DNA from: a virus
Taxonomy: Duplodnaviria > Caudoviricetes
Length of the DNA stretch: 64,000 nucleotides
Reading direction: 5' to 3' (one strand)
Virus record (IMG/VR): IMGVR_UViG_3300025892_000008
The notes beneath the pieces were generated by a model. It saw only the letters and a list, made by a program, of their open reading frames with translations, ran no database searches and had not been told where the DNA came from. Both the position numbers and the translations under genes were made by a program. Below are positions 1-8,850 of the stretch, piece by piece. The number at the start of each line of letters is the position of its first letter. The first letter of the stretch is position 1.

Positions 1-374
1 ACACATCTCATTGCTTTTTTGGTTGCGCTGTTAACAACACGTTCAACTGATGTTGGACGTTCTTCGGCAAGTTTTCCTATATCACGGACCTCACCTTGTC
101 CGTTTATCTTATTAAAACGTTTGTCAAGTGCTTTGAATTCTGTTTGCAATACTCTGTTCTTATCTTCAAGTTCTTTGTTAGCAGACAATATAGCAGTAAA
201 ATCTTTTTTCTGTTGTTCAATTACAGACTGTTGTTCAGACACACTGTCTAATAGTTTAGCATTATTTGCTTCACTAGTTGCAAGATCAGACTTTAATGTT
301 TTTACATACAAAAAGCCGCCGCCTGCACCTGCTAACATAATTACAATCATCGCTATTTTAATTGATCCAAACAT
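1..374 (-). CDS. Putative i-spanin/Rz-like membrane-anchored coiled-coil protein (runs off the window edge; missing from the ORF track)
   Basis: Manual translation MFGSIKIAMIVIMLAGAGGGFLYVKTLKSDLATSEANNAKLLDSVSEQQSVIEQQKKDF... shows an N-terminal TM helix then a coiled coil. Its ATG overlaps the ACP stop (TAATG). It lies downstream of the endolysin. Confidence 0.55.
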   Translation of the reverse strand, partial: MFGSIKIAMIVIMLAGAGGGFLYVKTLKSDLATSEANNAKLLDSVSEQQSVIEQQKKDFTAILSANKELEDKNRVLQTEFKALDKRFNKINGQGEVRDIGKLAEERPTSVERVVNSATKKAMRC

Positions 375-589
375 TATGCTTCTACCAGTTTAATAAAGTC
401 GCCAACAGTTTGAACGTTGGCTTCGTCTTCTTCTGAAATTGTTACACCTGTTGCTTTTTGAATAGCAACTGCTAACTCGATAATATCAAATTCATCAGCA
501 CCTAAATCGTCCATTAAATTTGCTTCTGGTACAACTTTAGATTCATCAATACCTAAGTGTTCTGCTACTGCTTTAATTACTTTTTTCAT
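374..589 (-). CDS. Acyl carrier protein homologue with Glu in place of the phosphopantetheine Ser
   Basis: Acidic 71-aa protein with the ACP pattern LGIDESKV.PEANLMDDLGADEFDIIELAVAIQK...ISEEDEANVQTVGD; canonical DLGADSLD reads DLGADEFD. Confidence 0.85.
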   Translation of the reverse strand: MKKVIKAVAEHLGIDESKVVPEANLMDDLGADEFDIIELAVAIQKATGVTISEEDEANVQTVGDFIKLVEA

Positions 590-716
590 CTACTTTTTCC
601 TCTTGGTAACGTGGATATGTACAAACAATTATTTCTATTGGTTTGTTGTCTCCATCCATAAATGTTTCGATTAATCTGCCTTCGTGTGCTCTTCCACAAT
701 TTTGACAGGTAAGCAT
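573..716 (-). CDS. Small CxxC-containing hypothetical protein, 47 aa (missing from the ORF track)
   Basis: MLTCQNCGRAHEGRLIETFMDGDNKPIEIIVCTYPRYQEEKVDEKSN; its ATG overlaps the endolysin stop (TAATG) and it fills the gap to the ACP gene. Confidence 0.6.
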   Translation of the reverse strand: MLTCQNCGRAHEGRLIETFMDGDNKPIEIIVCTYPRYQEEKVDEKSN

Positions 717-1582
717 TAGTCTAACAGTTTTTCCAATGTTGCAGGACCAGCAATGCCATCAGCAACTAAGCCATTTGACATTTGCCATTGCTTCAATGCA
801 CGTTCAGTGCCAGGACCAAAGTCACCGTCAGCGCCAATACCTAATGCTTCTTGCATCATCTTAACACCTTCGCCTTTACATCCTTTACGTAGTACACCGA
901 TATCATCAACATCAATGTGTCCTTCGTCTGTACCTAAATCGTCTGCATCCATACCTAATACTTTAAGTGCGTGTGCATAACGCTTTTGTCTATCTTCTAA
1001 ACCAATGTTACCGCCATTGATCTTTTTAGTCATTTTAACTACATTGTCTGTGTCAGCAATATTGTTAAGTTTAGTTGTGTCCCAGAACCAACAAGCACTT
1101 TCAATTGCACCTGCAGGAGTTGCAACATAATCTGATGCTTCCTCTGCTGTCTTACCAATACTTTCGCCAAACTTTGTATAGTTGTAACGACCAGTAAGTT
1201 GTTTTAATCCACGTCCACGGAATCTCCATCCGTCACCTTCGTTAACATTACCCATCTTGTATTTGCGATATGTGTCATTGTATACACGGTTAGCAATCAT
1301 TTCTGGGTTACGAGCATACTCTGCTGCATCTGCTTTTGGAGCATTACCAAAGTAACGACCAAACACTGCACGTAATGCCTTTTCACTGTAGTTTAAATTT
1401 TCTTCTAATTTTTTAAAGCCTGCACTTTCGTGAGCGCACTGACTTAGGAAGTGTGCTACTCTACGTTCTGTTGTGATACCATACTTAGGTAATAGTTCAC
1501 ATAGCGCATCATACCAGTTATCAGGATTATCAGAAATAATCTCTCCTAGGTGCGCTTTAGTAAATTCAAATTCAAAACTCAT
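716..1582 (-). CDS. Endolysin: glycoside hydrolase family 19 domain plus C-terminal peptidoglycan-binding domain
   Basis: GH19 motifs AHFLSQCAHESAGF and FRGRGLKQLTGRYNY; C-terminal PG_binding_1-like LRKG..G.GVK.MQEALG...DGDFGPGT...LVADGIAGPATL. Confidence 0.92.
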   Translation of the reverse strand: MSFEFEFTKAHLGEIISDNPDNWYDALCELLPKYGITTERRVAHFLSQCAHESAGFKKLEENLNYSEKALRAVFGRYFGNAPKADAAEYARNPEMIANRVYNDTYRKYKMGNVNEGDGWRFRGRGLKQLTGRYNYTKFGESIGKTAEEASDYVATPAGAIESACWFWDTTKLNNIADTDNVVKMTKKINGGNIGLEDRQKRYAHALKVLGMDADDLGTDEGHIDVDDIGVLRKGCKGEGVKMMQEALGIGADGDFGPGTERALKQWQMSNGLVADGIAGPATLEKLLD

Positions 1583-2352
1583 TTTGTATCCTTTAATTTT
1601 AGAACCATTGTTTTTGATTCATTAGTAAACAAAAATTTGTCGCCGTATTTTTGTATGTTATAGTCTCCCATAACTTTAGTTAACCAGAAAATTTCTGCTG
1701 TAGCATTATCATCTACTTGAATATCTTCCATACCTTCAATTAGTTTATCATCACCTTCTTGAACAAGTTCAAACTCAACTTTGATATCAAATGGTTTAAT
1801 TATTGTTATTTTGTTATTTTCTAAAACTAAATCATCCATTAGTGTCTTAGTAAAGAAACTTTTAACTTCGTCAGTTCTAAATTTAGTCATAACTTGTTCG
1901 TACATTTTCTTACTTGACGGAATCTTTCTCAAATTTTCTGTAGTAACAGACATTTTATCTTTATTTTTATAATACTTATATTCCCAATCTAAAATATTTG
2001 TTAACTTGCTTATACCAAAAACCATTTCCATAATGTTTTCTGCTAGTTTGTTATTTCTTTCTACTTCAACAAAAATAGAATATTCTCCATCTTTGTTTTC
2101 TCCTGCACTAACATCTGCATCTAGTACAAAAGGATATCCTTTCTCAATAAACTCCATAAAGTCTTTTGCAGGATTTCTATCTTTTGCTTGGAAAGTTACA
2201 ACACAAACATCTGGGTCTTCACCCATTTTTGATTTATGTGTATCTACTTCCATCATAGGATAAAACATATCCTCTAAATCGTGTTTTCTCAAACCTTCTT
2301 CTAAAACTTTATTATTGTGCTTCATCTGGTGTTCCTTGTGCAGTTTGGTCAA
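1579..2352 (-). CDS. Phage hypothetical protein (start may be 2325)
   Basis: Long ORF coupled to the endolysin; no recognisable motif. Confidence 0.7.
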   Translation of the reverse strand: MTKLHKEHQMKHNNKVLEEGLRKHDLEDMFYPMMEVDTHKSKMGEDPDVCVVTFQAKDRNPAKDFMEFIEKGYPFVLDADVSAGENKDGEYSIFVEVERNNKLAENIMEMVFGISKLTNILDWEYKYYKNKDKMSVTTENLRKIPSSKKMYEQVMTKFRTDEVKSFFTKTLMDDLVLENNKITIIKPFDIKVEFELVQEGDDKLIEGMEDIQVDDNATAEIFWLTKVMGDYNIQKYGDKFLFTNESKTMVLKLKDTK

Positions 2353-2833
2353 CTGGTTCTGGATTTTGTGCTTGTACTGAATTTGATAAAATGTCTTGTA
2401 CTTTATTCTTATCTAAATTACTATAACCCCTGTCAACATTTTTCATAAGTGTTTTAGGCATTTTAATTTTTACCAACCATACTTGATTGTAATCAACTTT
2501 ACCTTTTCTTGTGCCTGGACGTATATCATCTGGTGTTTTAATTCTTCTTACATTAGCCATAGCAGTTTCAGCATAAGAAACTTTACAACCATACTCCATT
2601 AATCTCTTACCGCCTGCAGGCTCTGGCATCTTATCATTAGGCCACATAAATGTACACGTAATATAATACCTGTCTTCTTTAGGACCTTCTGCTAATTCAC
2701 CATCGATCCAGTTGTCGAATACGTAAAGGTCAAGTTCATCAACAACACGCTCAAAGTCCTTTAATAGGTTTAAACTGTTGTTAGAACCGTAAATTTGTTC
2801 TATATTTGATATAATGTCTTTAATGCTGGCCAT
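2312..2833 (-). CDS. Phage hypothetical protein
   Basis: Start moved to MASIKD (2833) because GGAG lies at 2840-2843 and TAAATA at 2849-2854. Confidence 0.7.
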   Translation of the reverse strand: MASIKDIISNIEQIYGSNNSLNLLKDFERVVDELDLYVFDNWIDGELAEGPKEDRYYITCTFMWPNDKMPEPAGGKRLMEYGCKVSYAETAMANVRRIKTPDDIRPGTRKGKVDYNQVWLVKIKMPKTLMKNVDRGYSNLDKNKVQDILSNSVQAQNPEPVDQTAQGTPDEAQ

Positions 2834-2907
2834 GTTAGTCTCCACAAGTATTTATCGTTTTCTAAATGTTATACTATTATTTTCTTTTTACGAACTTAAA
2901 TAATAGT

Positions 2908-2991
2908 ATGTTCGATAACGGACTTTTGACAATCTATACATACCCACACTCTGTTGTTGAGCATATTTCACTAACGGAGGAAAACCCCTAA
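2908..2991 (+). CDS. Candidate leaderless 27-aa upstream ORF before phoH
   Basis: TAAATA(2897-2902)-N5-ATG; MFDNGLLTIYTYPHSVVEHISLTEENP; stops 1 nt before the phoH ATG. Confidence 0.3.
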   Translation: MFDNGLLTIYTYPHSVVEHISLTEENP

Positions 2992-2992
2992 T

Positions 2993-3712
2993 ATGAAAAG
3001 AAAAAACAAAGCCCACGCGGCACATAACTCAGCGTACAACAACATAGTTAACATAAACTCGCATAAATCACAGCGAAAACAAGTAGTTCCTAAGAACTTA
3101 AATCAAAAATTTTACCTACAAAAATTAGACAGCAAGGATAAGCATATAGTATTTGCTATAGGCCCTGCAGGCACGGGTAAAACAATGATTGCAGTCCAAT
3201 GGGCAATTAATGAATTTCGCGATAAATTATGTGATAAAATTGTAATAACTAGACCTGCAGTTTCAGTAGACGAAAGTCACGGTTTTTTGCCTGGAGATCT
3301 AAATGAAAAGATGGCACCGTGGACTCGACCTATTTTTGACGTTTTTTCAGAAAACTTTTGTCAAGCAGAAGTAGAAAGACAAATAAGAGAGGGAGTAGTT
3401 GAAATTGCTCCATTAGCATATATGAGAGGCAGAACATTTAAAAACTCCGTAATTATTGCGGATGAAATGCAAAACGCAACACCTAGTCAGATGAAGATGC
3501 TGTTAACTAGGTTAGGGGAAGGATCCAAGATGATTGTAACCGGAGACTTACATCAGGCAGACAGGCCTAGTAACAACGGTTTATTAGAGTTCCTTGAGTT
3601 GTATAACAACTTTAGTAATCATCAATATCTTGATATCTGTGAATTTACAAGAGCAGATGTAGAAAGACACGAAGCAGTAAAAGAAATTTTAAGTATATAC
3701 GGCGACAACTAA
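2993..3712 (+). CDS. phoH: PhoH-family ATPase
   Basis: Walker A GPAGTGKT, ITRPAV, GFLPGDLNEKMAPW, PLAYMRGRTF, IADEMQN, TRLGEGSKMIVTGD. Confidence 0.96.
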   Translation: MKRKNKAHAAHNSAYNNIVNINSHKSQRKQVVPKNLNQKFYLQKLDSKDKHIVFAIGPAGTGKTMIAVQWAINEFRDKLCDKIVITRPAVSVDESHGFLPGDLNEKMAPWTRPIFDVFSENFCQAEVERQIREGVVEIAPLAYMRGRTFKNSVIIADEMQNATPSQMKMLLTRLGEGSKMIVTGDLHQADRPSNNGLLEFLELYNNFSNHQYLDICEFTRADVERHEAVKEILSIYGDN

Positions 3713-3742
3713 GAGTTAACTTTTCTTGTAAGACTGGTAGAT

Positions 3743-4093
3743 CTAATCTATCAGTTTTGCAGGAATTGCCTTAAACAATTTTGTCTTGTTTTCTTTGTAG
3801 TTCTCTTTTGCGAAGTCTACATAGTTTTCCATAGGCGGCTGTTCATCTGCGATGTTAGGCCAGTTACCGTCTGTGCTAAAATAAAGATTGTGCTTGTACC
3901 ACGGATCATTTTCATCGTCTGTTTGATAAATTGCTTCTTCAGGACATTCAGGAATACATACACCGCAATCAATACACTCTTCCGGATTAATCACAAGCAT
4001 GTTTTCACCCTCGTAGAAACAATCTACAGGGCAAACACTTACACAAGTTGTGTGCTTACAATTTATACATTTATCATCTACTAAGTGTGCCAT
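3743..4093 (-). CDS. fdxA: Dicluster (7Fe-type) ferredoxin
   Basis: [21 protein letters not shown] and [17 protein letters not shown] match the FdxA pattern. Confidence 0.9.
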   Translation of the reverse strand: MAHLVDDKCINCKHTTCVSVCPVDCFYEGENMLVINPEECIDCGVCIPECPEEAIYQTDDENDPWYKHNLYFSTDGNWPNIADEQPPMENYVDFAKENYKENKTKLFKAIPAKLID

Positions 4094-4094
4094 A

Positions 4095-4340
4095 TTATAT
4101 TAACCAGTTCCATATTGCTCGTAACCCTAATAACAAGTACATTCCTTCCATTAATGCTCTAGGAATATCTTTATCTTTAATACCAAAGTAAATCCACATT
4201 GTACAACTTACACAGGCAACTGCCCAGCCTATCCATTGTGTTTCTGTATTAGCATTTGAAAGAATAAAAGCAGCAATAATTGCTAGTATAAAGCCTATCC
4301 ATCTAGGCCCATCGATGTTGTGATAGTATCTAATTTTCAT
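4095..4340 (-). CDS. Small membrane protein (about 3 TM helices)
   Basis: 81 aa with hydrophobic, Trp-rich segments. Confidence 0.65.
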   Translation of the reverse strand: MKIRYYHNIDGPRWIGFILAIIAAFILSNANTETQWIGWAVACVSCTMWIYFGIKDKDIPRALMEGMYLLLGLRAIWNWLI

Positions 4341-5251
4341 AATCTTCCTAACTTAATTAATACTGCTGCTAGATTAATTTCCGGATCAGCAACTAATGTA
4401 TGATCTACTAATCCTTGTTTAATTACTAGTACCGCAGTGTCTTGTTTTGCTTCATCACCAAAGATTGAAATGTTATCATATAGCCAACGATATACTTCTT
4501 CCATTTCTTCAGCACGTAGTTTGCCACAAAGTAATTGTCTTGCTTCACTAATCTTGCCAGCCTTAAATAGTTCAACCATATCAAACTTCCAGTCTGCTTC
4601 ACCTTCATCACCTTTACTAGGAGCATGCAGTTTAGCATCTGTAACGTTTTGTTGCACCATGTTAATACATTTACGTAAGTCTGGATACGTAGCCTTTACA
4701 TAAAGATCTAATGTTTCTAAATCAATATCAACTTGTTCTTCAACTAGTATTGTTGCAACACGAGCAGTAAACTCTGTTTGATCAATACGCTCCATATGAT
4801 AGCCTTGACACCTACTGTGAATAGCAGGAATAATTCTATTAGGATAATTGCAAGTTAAAATAAATCTTGATGTCATATGATACTCTTCCATAACACCACG
4901 CAATGCTGCCTGTGCGTTCGGCGACAAGTAATCAGCCTCATCTAATAATACAACCTTAAATGGACCAAATGGAATCATTTGCACAAAGTTTGTAATCTTA
5001 TTTCTTACTTCATCTACACTGTTTGTTCTACTAGCATTAATTTCTAGTACATCAAACTCTTCAATTCCAAGTTCATTTATAAGAATCTTTGCCATAGTAG
5101 TTTTACCGATACCGGCTGCACCACTAAACAATAAATGAGGAATACTTTTTTCTTTTACCCAAAGTTTTGCTTGTTTGCGTTGATGTTCATCTCTAAAAAC
5201 ATAACCATCTAAATTCTTAGGACGATATTTTTCTACCCATAGTTCTTTCAT
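4337..5251 (-). CDS. Sliding-clamp loader AAA+ subunit (T4 gp44/RFC family)
   Basis: LWVEKYRP, GAAGIGKTT, LEINASRTNSVD, VLLDEAD, FILTCNY, SRC. Confidence 0.93.
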   Translation of the reverse strand: MKELWVEKYRPKNLDGYVFRDEHQRKQAKLWVKEKSIPHLLFSGAAGIGKTTMAKILINELGIEEFDVLEINASRTNSVDEVRNKITNFVQMIPFGPFKVVLLDEADYLSPNAQAALRGVMEEYHMTSRFILTCNYPNRIIPAIHSRCQGYHMERIDQTEFTARVATILVEEQVDIDLETLDLYVKATYPDLRKCINMVQQNVTDAKLHAPSKGDEGEADWKFDMVELFKAGKISEARQLLCGKLRAEEMEEVYRWLYDNISIFGDEAKQDTAVLVIKQGLVDHTLVADPEINLAAVLIKLGRL

Positions 5252-5655
5252 TTTGCCTCACTTATACGTTTTCTTAATCCACTTGTACTAAATGAATGTT
5301 GTCTACTATTATAGTGTATTTTTATACCTTTGTCAACACATATTTGTTTGCCTGTAAAATCTTTGGTTTTATATTCTTCACCAATAAAACGGACATTAAT
5401 ATTATATGTTAACAAGATATCAACAAGATCCTGTTCAGTAGCATAGGGAATAATTTCATCTATGTACTTACAGCCCTCTAGTTGTACGTATCTTTCAAAC
5501 ACACTTTGTATTGGTTGATTTTTTTCTGGTCTATCTATAGTAGGATCAGTTTGTAGTCCAACTATCATAAAGTCGCAATTGGCTCGTGCTTCTTTTAACA
5601 TAGCAACGTGTCCACTGTGGAATAGGTCAAACGATGATGCTGTAAATCCTATCAT
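5248..5655 (-). CDS. Cytidylyltransferase (TagD/glycerol-3-phosphate CT-like)
   Basis: FTASSFDLFHSGH (HxGH), YIDEIIPY, C-terminal SFSTSGLRKRI. Confidence 0.85.
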   Translation of the reverse strand: MIGFTASSFDLFHSGHVAMLKEARANCDFMIVGLQTDPTIDRPEKNQPIQSVFERYVQLEGCKYIDEIIPYATEQDLVDILLTYNINVRFIGEEYKTKDFTGKQICVDKGIKIHYNSRQHSFSTSGLRKRISEAK

Positions 5656-5834
5656 GCGCCTGTTCCTCCTGGTGGCACTAGGTCAGGTGTAATACAATGT
5701 AGTGCTACGTATCCTGGATACAGATTGTTTGCTGTAGCAATACCTTGCTCACAGTTTGCGAACTCGCCTACCTTAACAATGTCCCACGGCTGATACGCCA
5801 TAGTCATCCAAATATATACTACAAATATTTTCAT
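5652..5834 (-). CDS. Small hypothetical protein with hydrophobic N-terminus
   Basis: 60-aa ORF with ATGA overlaps on both sides within the operon. Confidence 0.55.
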   Translation of the reverse strand: MKIFVVYIWMTMAYQPWDIVKVGEFANCEQGIATANNLYPGYVALHCITPDLVPPGGTGA

Positions 5835-6157
5835 ACTGTCCTGCCTCCGTCAAATACGCACACAAAATATAGTTCTTCGTTGCCTGCGTGTACACGATGA
5901 AAGACACCATCTTCAATTAGCACAGTGTCGCCTGCTTCTACATTGTGAGTAACACTATCAAGTTCCATTGTACCAGTACCTTCTAAAAACATATACACTT
6001 CTTCTTGTCCTGCGTGTTTATGTCCTGATGTACTTTTGTTTGGATTAAGCCTAGTACTACTTACAACTAGATTCTTCAACAAGGTATTATCCTTAACGAT
6101 ATAACGATCGTCGGACTTTACAACTATACCTTCTATGTTAGAGTGTTTAAACTTCAC
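5831..6157 (-). CDS. Cupin-domain protein
   Basis: H.H..QEEVY.FLEG.G motif 1 and GD.VLIEDGVFHRV motif 2. Confidence 0.85.
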   Translation of the reverse strand: MKFKHSNIEGIVVKSDDRYIVKDNTLLKNLVVSSTRLNPNKSTSGHKHAGQEEVYMFLEGTGTMELDSVTHNVEAGDTVLIEDGVFHRVHAGNEELYFVCVFDGGRTV

Positions 6158-6160
6158 AAT

Positions 6161-6574
6161 CTAAAGATCACCTTCTTTTCTGTTTTCAGAATAATGTACA
6201 TCAAACTCACCGCCTGGATATCTTGCTTTAAGTTTGTTTACATTTTCTTCTATGACTTCATTAGGATCCAACCCAAGAGCCCGGCAACTACTAATCCAAT
6301 ACCACATAATATCGCCAAGTTCTCGTTTGCAATGAAATACAGTTTCATCGTCCAAAGGTTTACCTTGGAAGATACATTTTTTAACAATTTCACTAAACTC
6401 TCCTCCTTCTGATGCAATACCAATTGCACCTGTTAATAATAAAGATGTTTTTACATTAGGATTATTTGCTTCAATATCCTTTGCTCTATAGAACATCTCT
6501 GATAGTTGATCACTTTCTTTACTTGTTACTTCTTGTACAAAGTCTTTGTACTTGTTTAAATCTACTTGTGTCAA
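6161..6574 (-). CDS. mazG: MazG-like nucleotide pyrophosphohydrolase
   Basis: GIASEGGEFSEIVKK...KRELGDIMWY...NVNKLKARYP; TTG start with SD. Confidence 0.9.
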   Translation of the reverse strand: MTQVDLNKYKDFVQEVTSKESDQLSEMFYRAKDIEANNPNVKTSLLLTGAIGIASEGGEFSEIVKKCIFQGKPLDDETVFHCKRELGDIMWYWISSCRALGLDPNEVIEENVNKLKARYPGGEFDVHYSENRKEGDL

Positions 6575-6599
6575 GATTCTCTCCTCTATTCTAATTTAT

Positions 6600-6628
6600 A
6601 TTATATACTATCTGTTTACTCTTGTCAA
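6600..6628 (-). promoter_or_regulatory. Consensus sigma70 (early) promoter for the mazG-clamp loader-ferredoxin operon
   Basis: TTGACA(6628-6623)-17 nt-TATAAT(6605-6600) on the minus strand. Confidence 0.85.
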
Positions 6629-6678
6629 GAGTTATACTAAATATTTTTATAACATTCGTTATCAAAAAGGAGAACCCC

Positions 6679-6867
6679 ATGATTACAAATCTTAATGTAA
6701 ACCTAGAAGTAGGCCAAGAAATACTTGTTGGAAAGAACAACGACAAGGCAAAGATTACTAAAATTGAATTTCATCCAAAATCAGGGGAAGTGTCTATAAA
6801 CACCACTAAGGGGCCTAGGAAGGCTTTGACTTTTAGATTGTGTCCGGAAAAAGTATATAGTTGTTAA
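6679..6867 (+). CDS. Small hypothetical protein (62 aa)
   Basis: AAGGAG SD before ATG 6679; TAAATA upstream at 6638-6643. Confidence 0.65.
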   Translation: MITNLNVNLEVGQEILVGKNNDKAKITKIEFHPKSGEVSINTTKGPRKALTFRLCPEKVYSC

Positions 6868-7260
6868 TTATTCGGCGCCAAACATACCGGCGTCAAATGT
6901 TGCTTTAGATCCGTCTGAATACTCTTGACCGAAGTACGCAAGGTCCTTGGGCTCTTCATCTTGCCATGCAAGTATTGAGTCCAACTCAATTTTTTGAATC
7001 TCTACTTCTTCGCCGTGTTCGTCTGTAACTTTAAGTTTACGTGTCCAACGACCGTGTGCGATTAAAATCCAATCGCCTACATCATACGGATCTTTATTTT
7101 CGTGTCCTTTAGAATATACTTGTGCCCAACGAGGTTTTACACCATGTGCCTTAGCGTCATCGGATCCAATAATGATTCCGCCTGCTGTCGTTGTTTCACC
7201 AAAGTGCATTTTATGCACTAATACATCACTACGGATAGCAGTAATTTTACCTTTGATCAT
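6868..7260 (-). CDS. groES: GroES-family co-chaperonin
   Basis: TTAGGIIIGSDD mobile loop, V.VGDWILI.HGRWT pattern. Confidence 0.85.
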   Translation of the reverse strand: MIKGKITAIRSDVLVHKMHFGETTTAGGIIIGSDDAKAHGVKPRWAQVYSKGHENKDPYDVGDWILIAHGRWTRKLKVTDEHGEEVEIQKIELDSILAWQDEEPKDLAYFGQEYSDGSKATFDAGMFGAE

Positions 7261-7274
7261 GTGCTATAGCCTTT

Positions 7275-7502
7275 CTATGATTTTTTAGATCTATCTACAA
7301 CTTCTTCTTGAATTGCTCTAGGGTTTTTATCATAGTAATCTTTTAGAATTGCTTCTCTTGTTCTTACTACTTTTCCGCCCTTACCAATTTCATCACCGCG
7401 AGCATTTACTTTCATATTACCAACTGCTGGTAATGTTTCATTTTTAAGATTAAGTTTTTCCATATCAATCTCTTTGCCGCGCATACTTTTAATTGTTGCC
7501 AT
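7275..7502 (-). CDS. Phage hypothetical protein
   Basis: 75-aa basic ORF with SD; no motif recognised. Confidence 0.65.
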   Translation of the reverse strand: MATIKSMRGKEIDMEKLNLKNETLPAVGNMKVNARGDEIGKGGKVVRTREAILKDYYDKNPRAIQEEVVDRSKKS

Positions 7503-7512
7503 TTTAGTCTCC

Positions 7513-7968
7513 TTATTTAAAGAATTCGTTTAGTGGTATATTGTATTTAATCGGATCAATCTTATGGACCCCTAATATGTGAAGAACAAGACTTGAAACA
7601 CTTGATCCTCTACCTACACCCCATACGATATCATTTTTTCTTAGTGTGTCTATTATATATTTTACCTGTTTTAGTAACATCGTAAGATTTCTATCTTCGA
7701 ATTCTTTCAGTTCAATCTTAGCTCTTTCTATATATTCGTCTGTTTTACACTGCATAATAACGAATTTTTCAATATCCATATCTTTATAACTGTCTGGCAT
7801 AAACCAATTATTTGTATTTAATTTAGATTTTGGCTTTGGATAGTCTAGGAATTCTGTTTCTATTCTTTCTAGATACAGACTAGCATCATCAATAACACAG
7901 TGTTCCAGTATTTCTGGCCCGTGTTTTTTAATACCTTGTATTACTTCTTTTATATTATTAGTCGACAT
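7513..7968 (-). CDS. dnaE: Stand-alone fragment of DNA polymerase III alpha (ends just before the catalytic PDxDxD)
   Basis: ERAKIEL..F......LL...KYIIDTLRKNDIVWGVGRGSSVSSLVLHILGVHKIDPIKYNIPLNEFFK aligns to DnaE GPGRGS.AGSLVAYAL.IT..DP....LLFERF. Confidence 0.8.
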   Translation of the reverse strand: MSTNNIKEVIQGIKKHGPEILEHCVIDDASLYLERIETEFLDYPKPKSKLNTNNWFMPDSYKDMDIEKFVIMQCKTDEYIERAKIELKEFEDRNLTMLLKQVKYIIDTLRKNDIVWGVGRGSSVSSLVLHILGVHKIDPIKYNIPLNEFFK

Positions 7969-8194
7969 TTATAAGTTGATCCAAATCCTTATCTTCATCA
8001 TTTGTTTTTACAGGTTGCATTGCTCTTCTGCGTAATTCATCTCTATATATTGTAACAAATGTTTGGAGTTGTGTCAACAGTTGTCCGTTGCCTAAACGTG
8101 CGGCTTGGGTATATTTTTTGCCCAATTCGGATATTTTCTGTGTTAATTCAGTTTCAGTAAGTTGTTTTGGGTCTTCTTGGAATGGGTGAAACAT
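7958..8194 (-). CDS. Hypothetical helical protein
   Basis: 78-aa ORF coupled to both neighbours. Confidence 0.6.
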   Translation of the reverse strand: MFHPFQEDPKQLTETELTQKISELGKKYTQAARLGNGQLLTQLQTFVTIYRDELRRRAMQPVKTNDEDKDLDQLINVD

Positions 8195-8805
8195 TATGCA
8201 AATGCGCCGATATATCTCATGTATATTACCGCAGTGCTGTGTCTAAATACTTCAACGATAATTGGATCAGTTGCTGAAGTTAATGTAAGTACTGGCGATC
8301 CGCTTGCATACCCTGGGAAATCTTTGCTTTTAATAATTGTACCACCTGAAGTTAAAAAGTTAACAGTTCTTGATGAACCATCACTATATAGTTCAAGTGT
8401 TACTTTGCCCATACCGATCGGAGTGGCTTCTCCTGTATATACAGGATCTCCTGGAAAATTTAAGAAGTCTATGGAAATATTGCCACCTACTCTATAAATT
8501 TGGTAGTCGCCATTTTTGTAATCAATAGTAGTAGGTGAAGCATCAACTGCTCCTCCGTCAAATTTACCAATTCTATTATTAATTAAAACAGCATTTGAGA
8601 TATTGTTTAATTCAAAATCGTTTGCTTCATCCTTATACGCAGCATTTGTAAGGACATCTGTAAGTTCATCTTTAGCATTTCTAAGACTTGTTTTAATTGT
8701 GTCTGAATTATCTCTAAAAACTTGTGTATCATTATCCTGCCCAGCAACTGGGAAGTTTTCATTTATACTTAGATAGTTTATTAAACTGTTGTTCGATCTT
8801 GCCAC
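8194..8805 (-). CDS. Probable virion structural protein
   Basis: GTG start with SD; TAAATA at 8833-8838; follows the baseplate gene. Confidence 0.55.
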   Translation of the reverse strand: MARSNNSLINYLSINENFPVAGQDNDTQVFRDNSDTIKTSLRNAKDELTDVLTNAAYKDEANDFELNNISNAVLINNRIGKFDGGAVDASPTTIDYKNGDYQIYRVGGNISIDFLNFPGDPVYTGEATPIGMGKVTLELYSDGSSRTVNFLTSGGTIIKSKDFPGYASGSPVLTLTSATDPIIVEVFRHSTAVIYMRYIGAFA

Positions 8806-8850
8806 GTTATTATCTCCGTTGTATTCAGTATGTATTTATCATATTACAAA

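Noticed and set aside
3713-3742. Intrinsic terminator between convergent phoH and fdxA
   Set aside because: No convincing GC stem with a U-tract.
7513-7968. Split-intein DnaE
   Set aside because: No intein N-terminal Cys block or other intein motif; the ORF ends in polymerase sequence.
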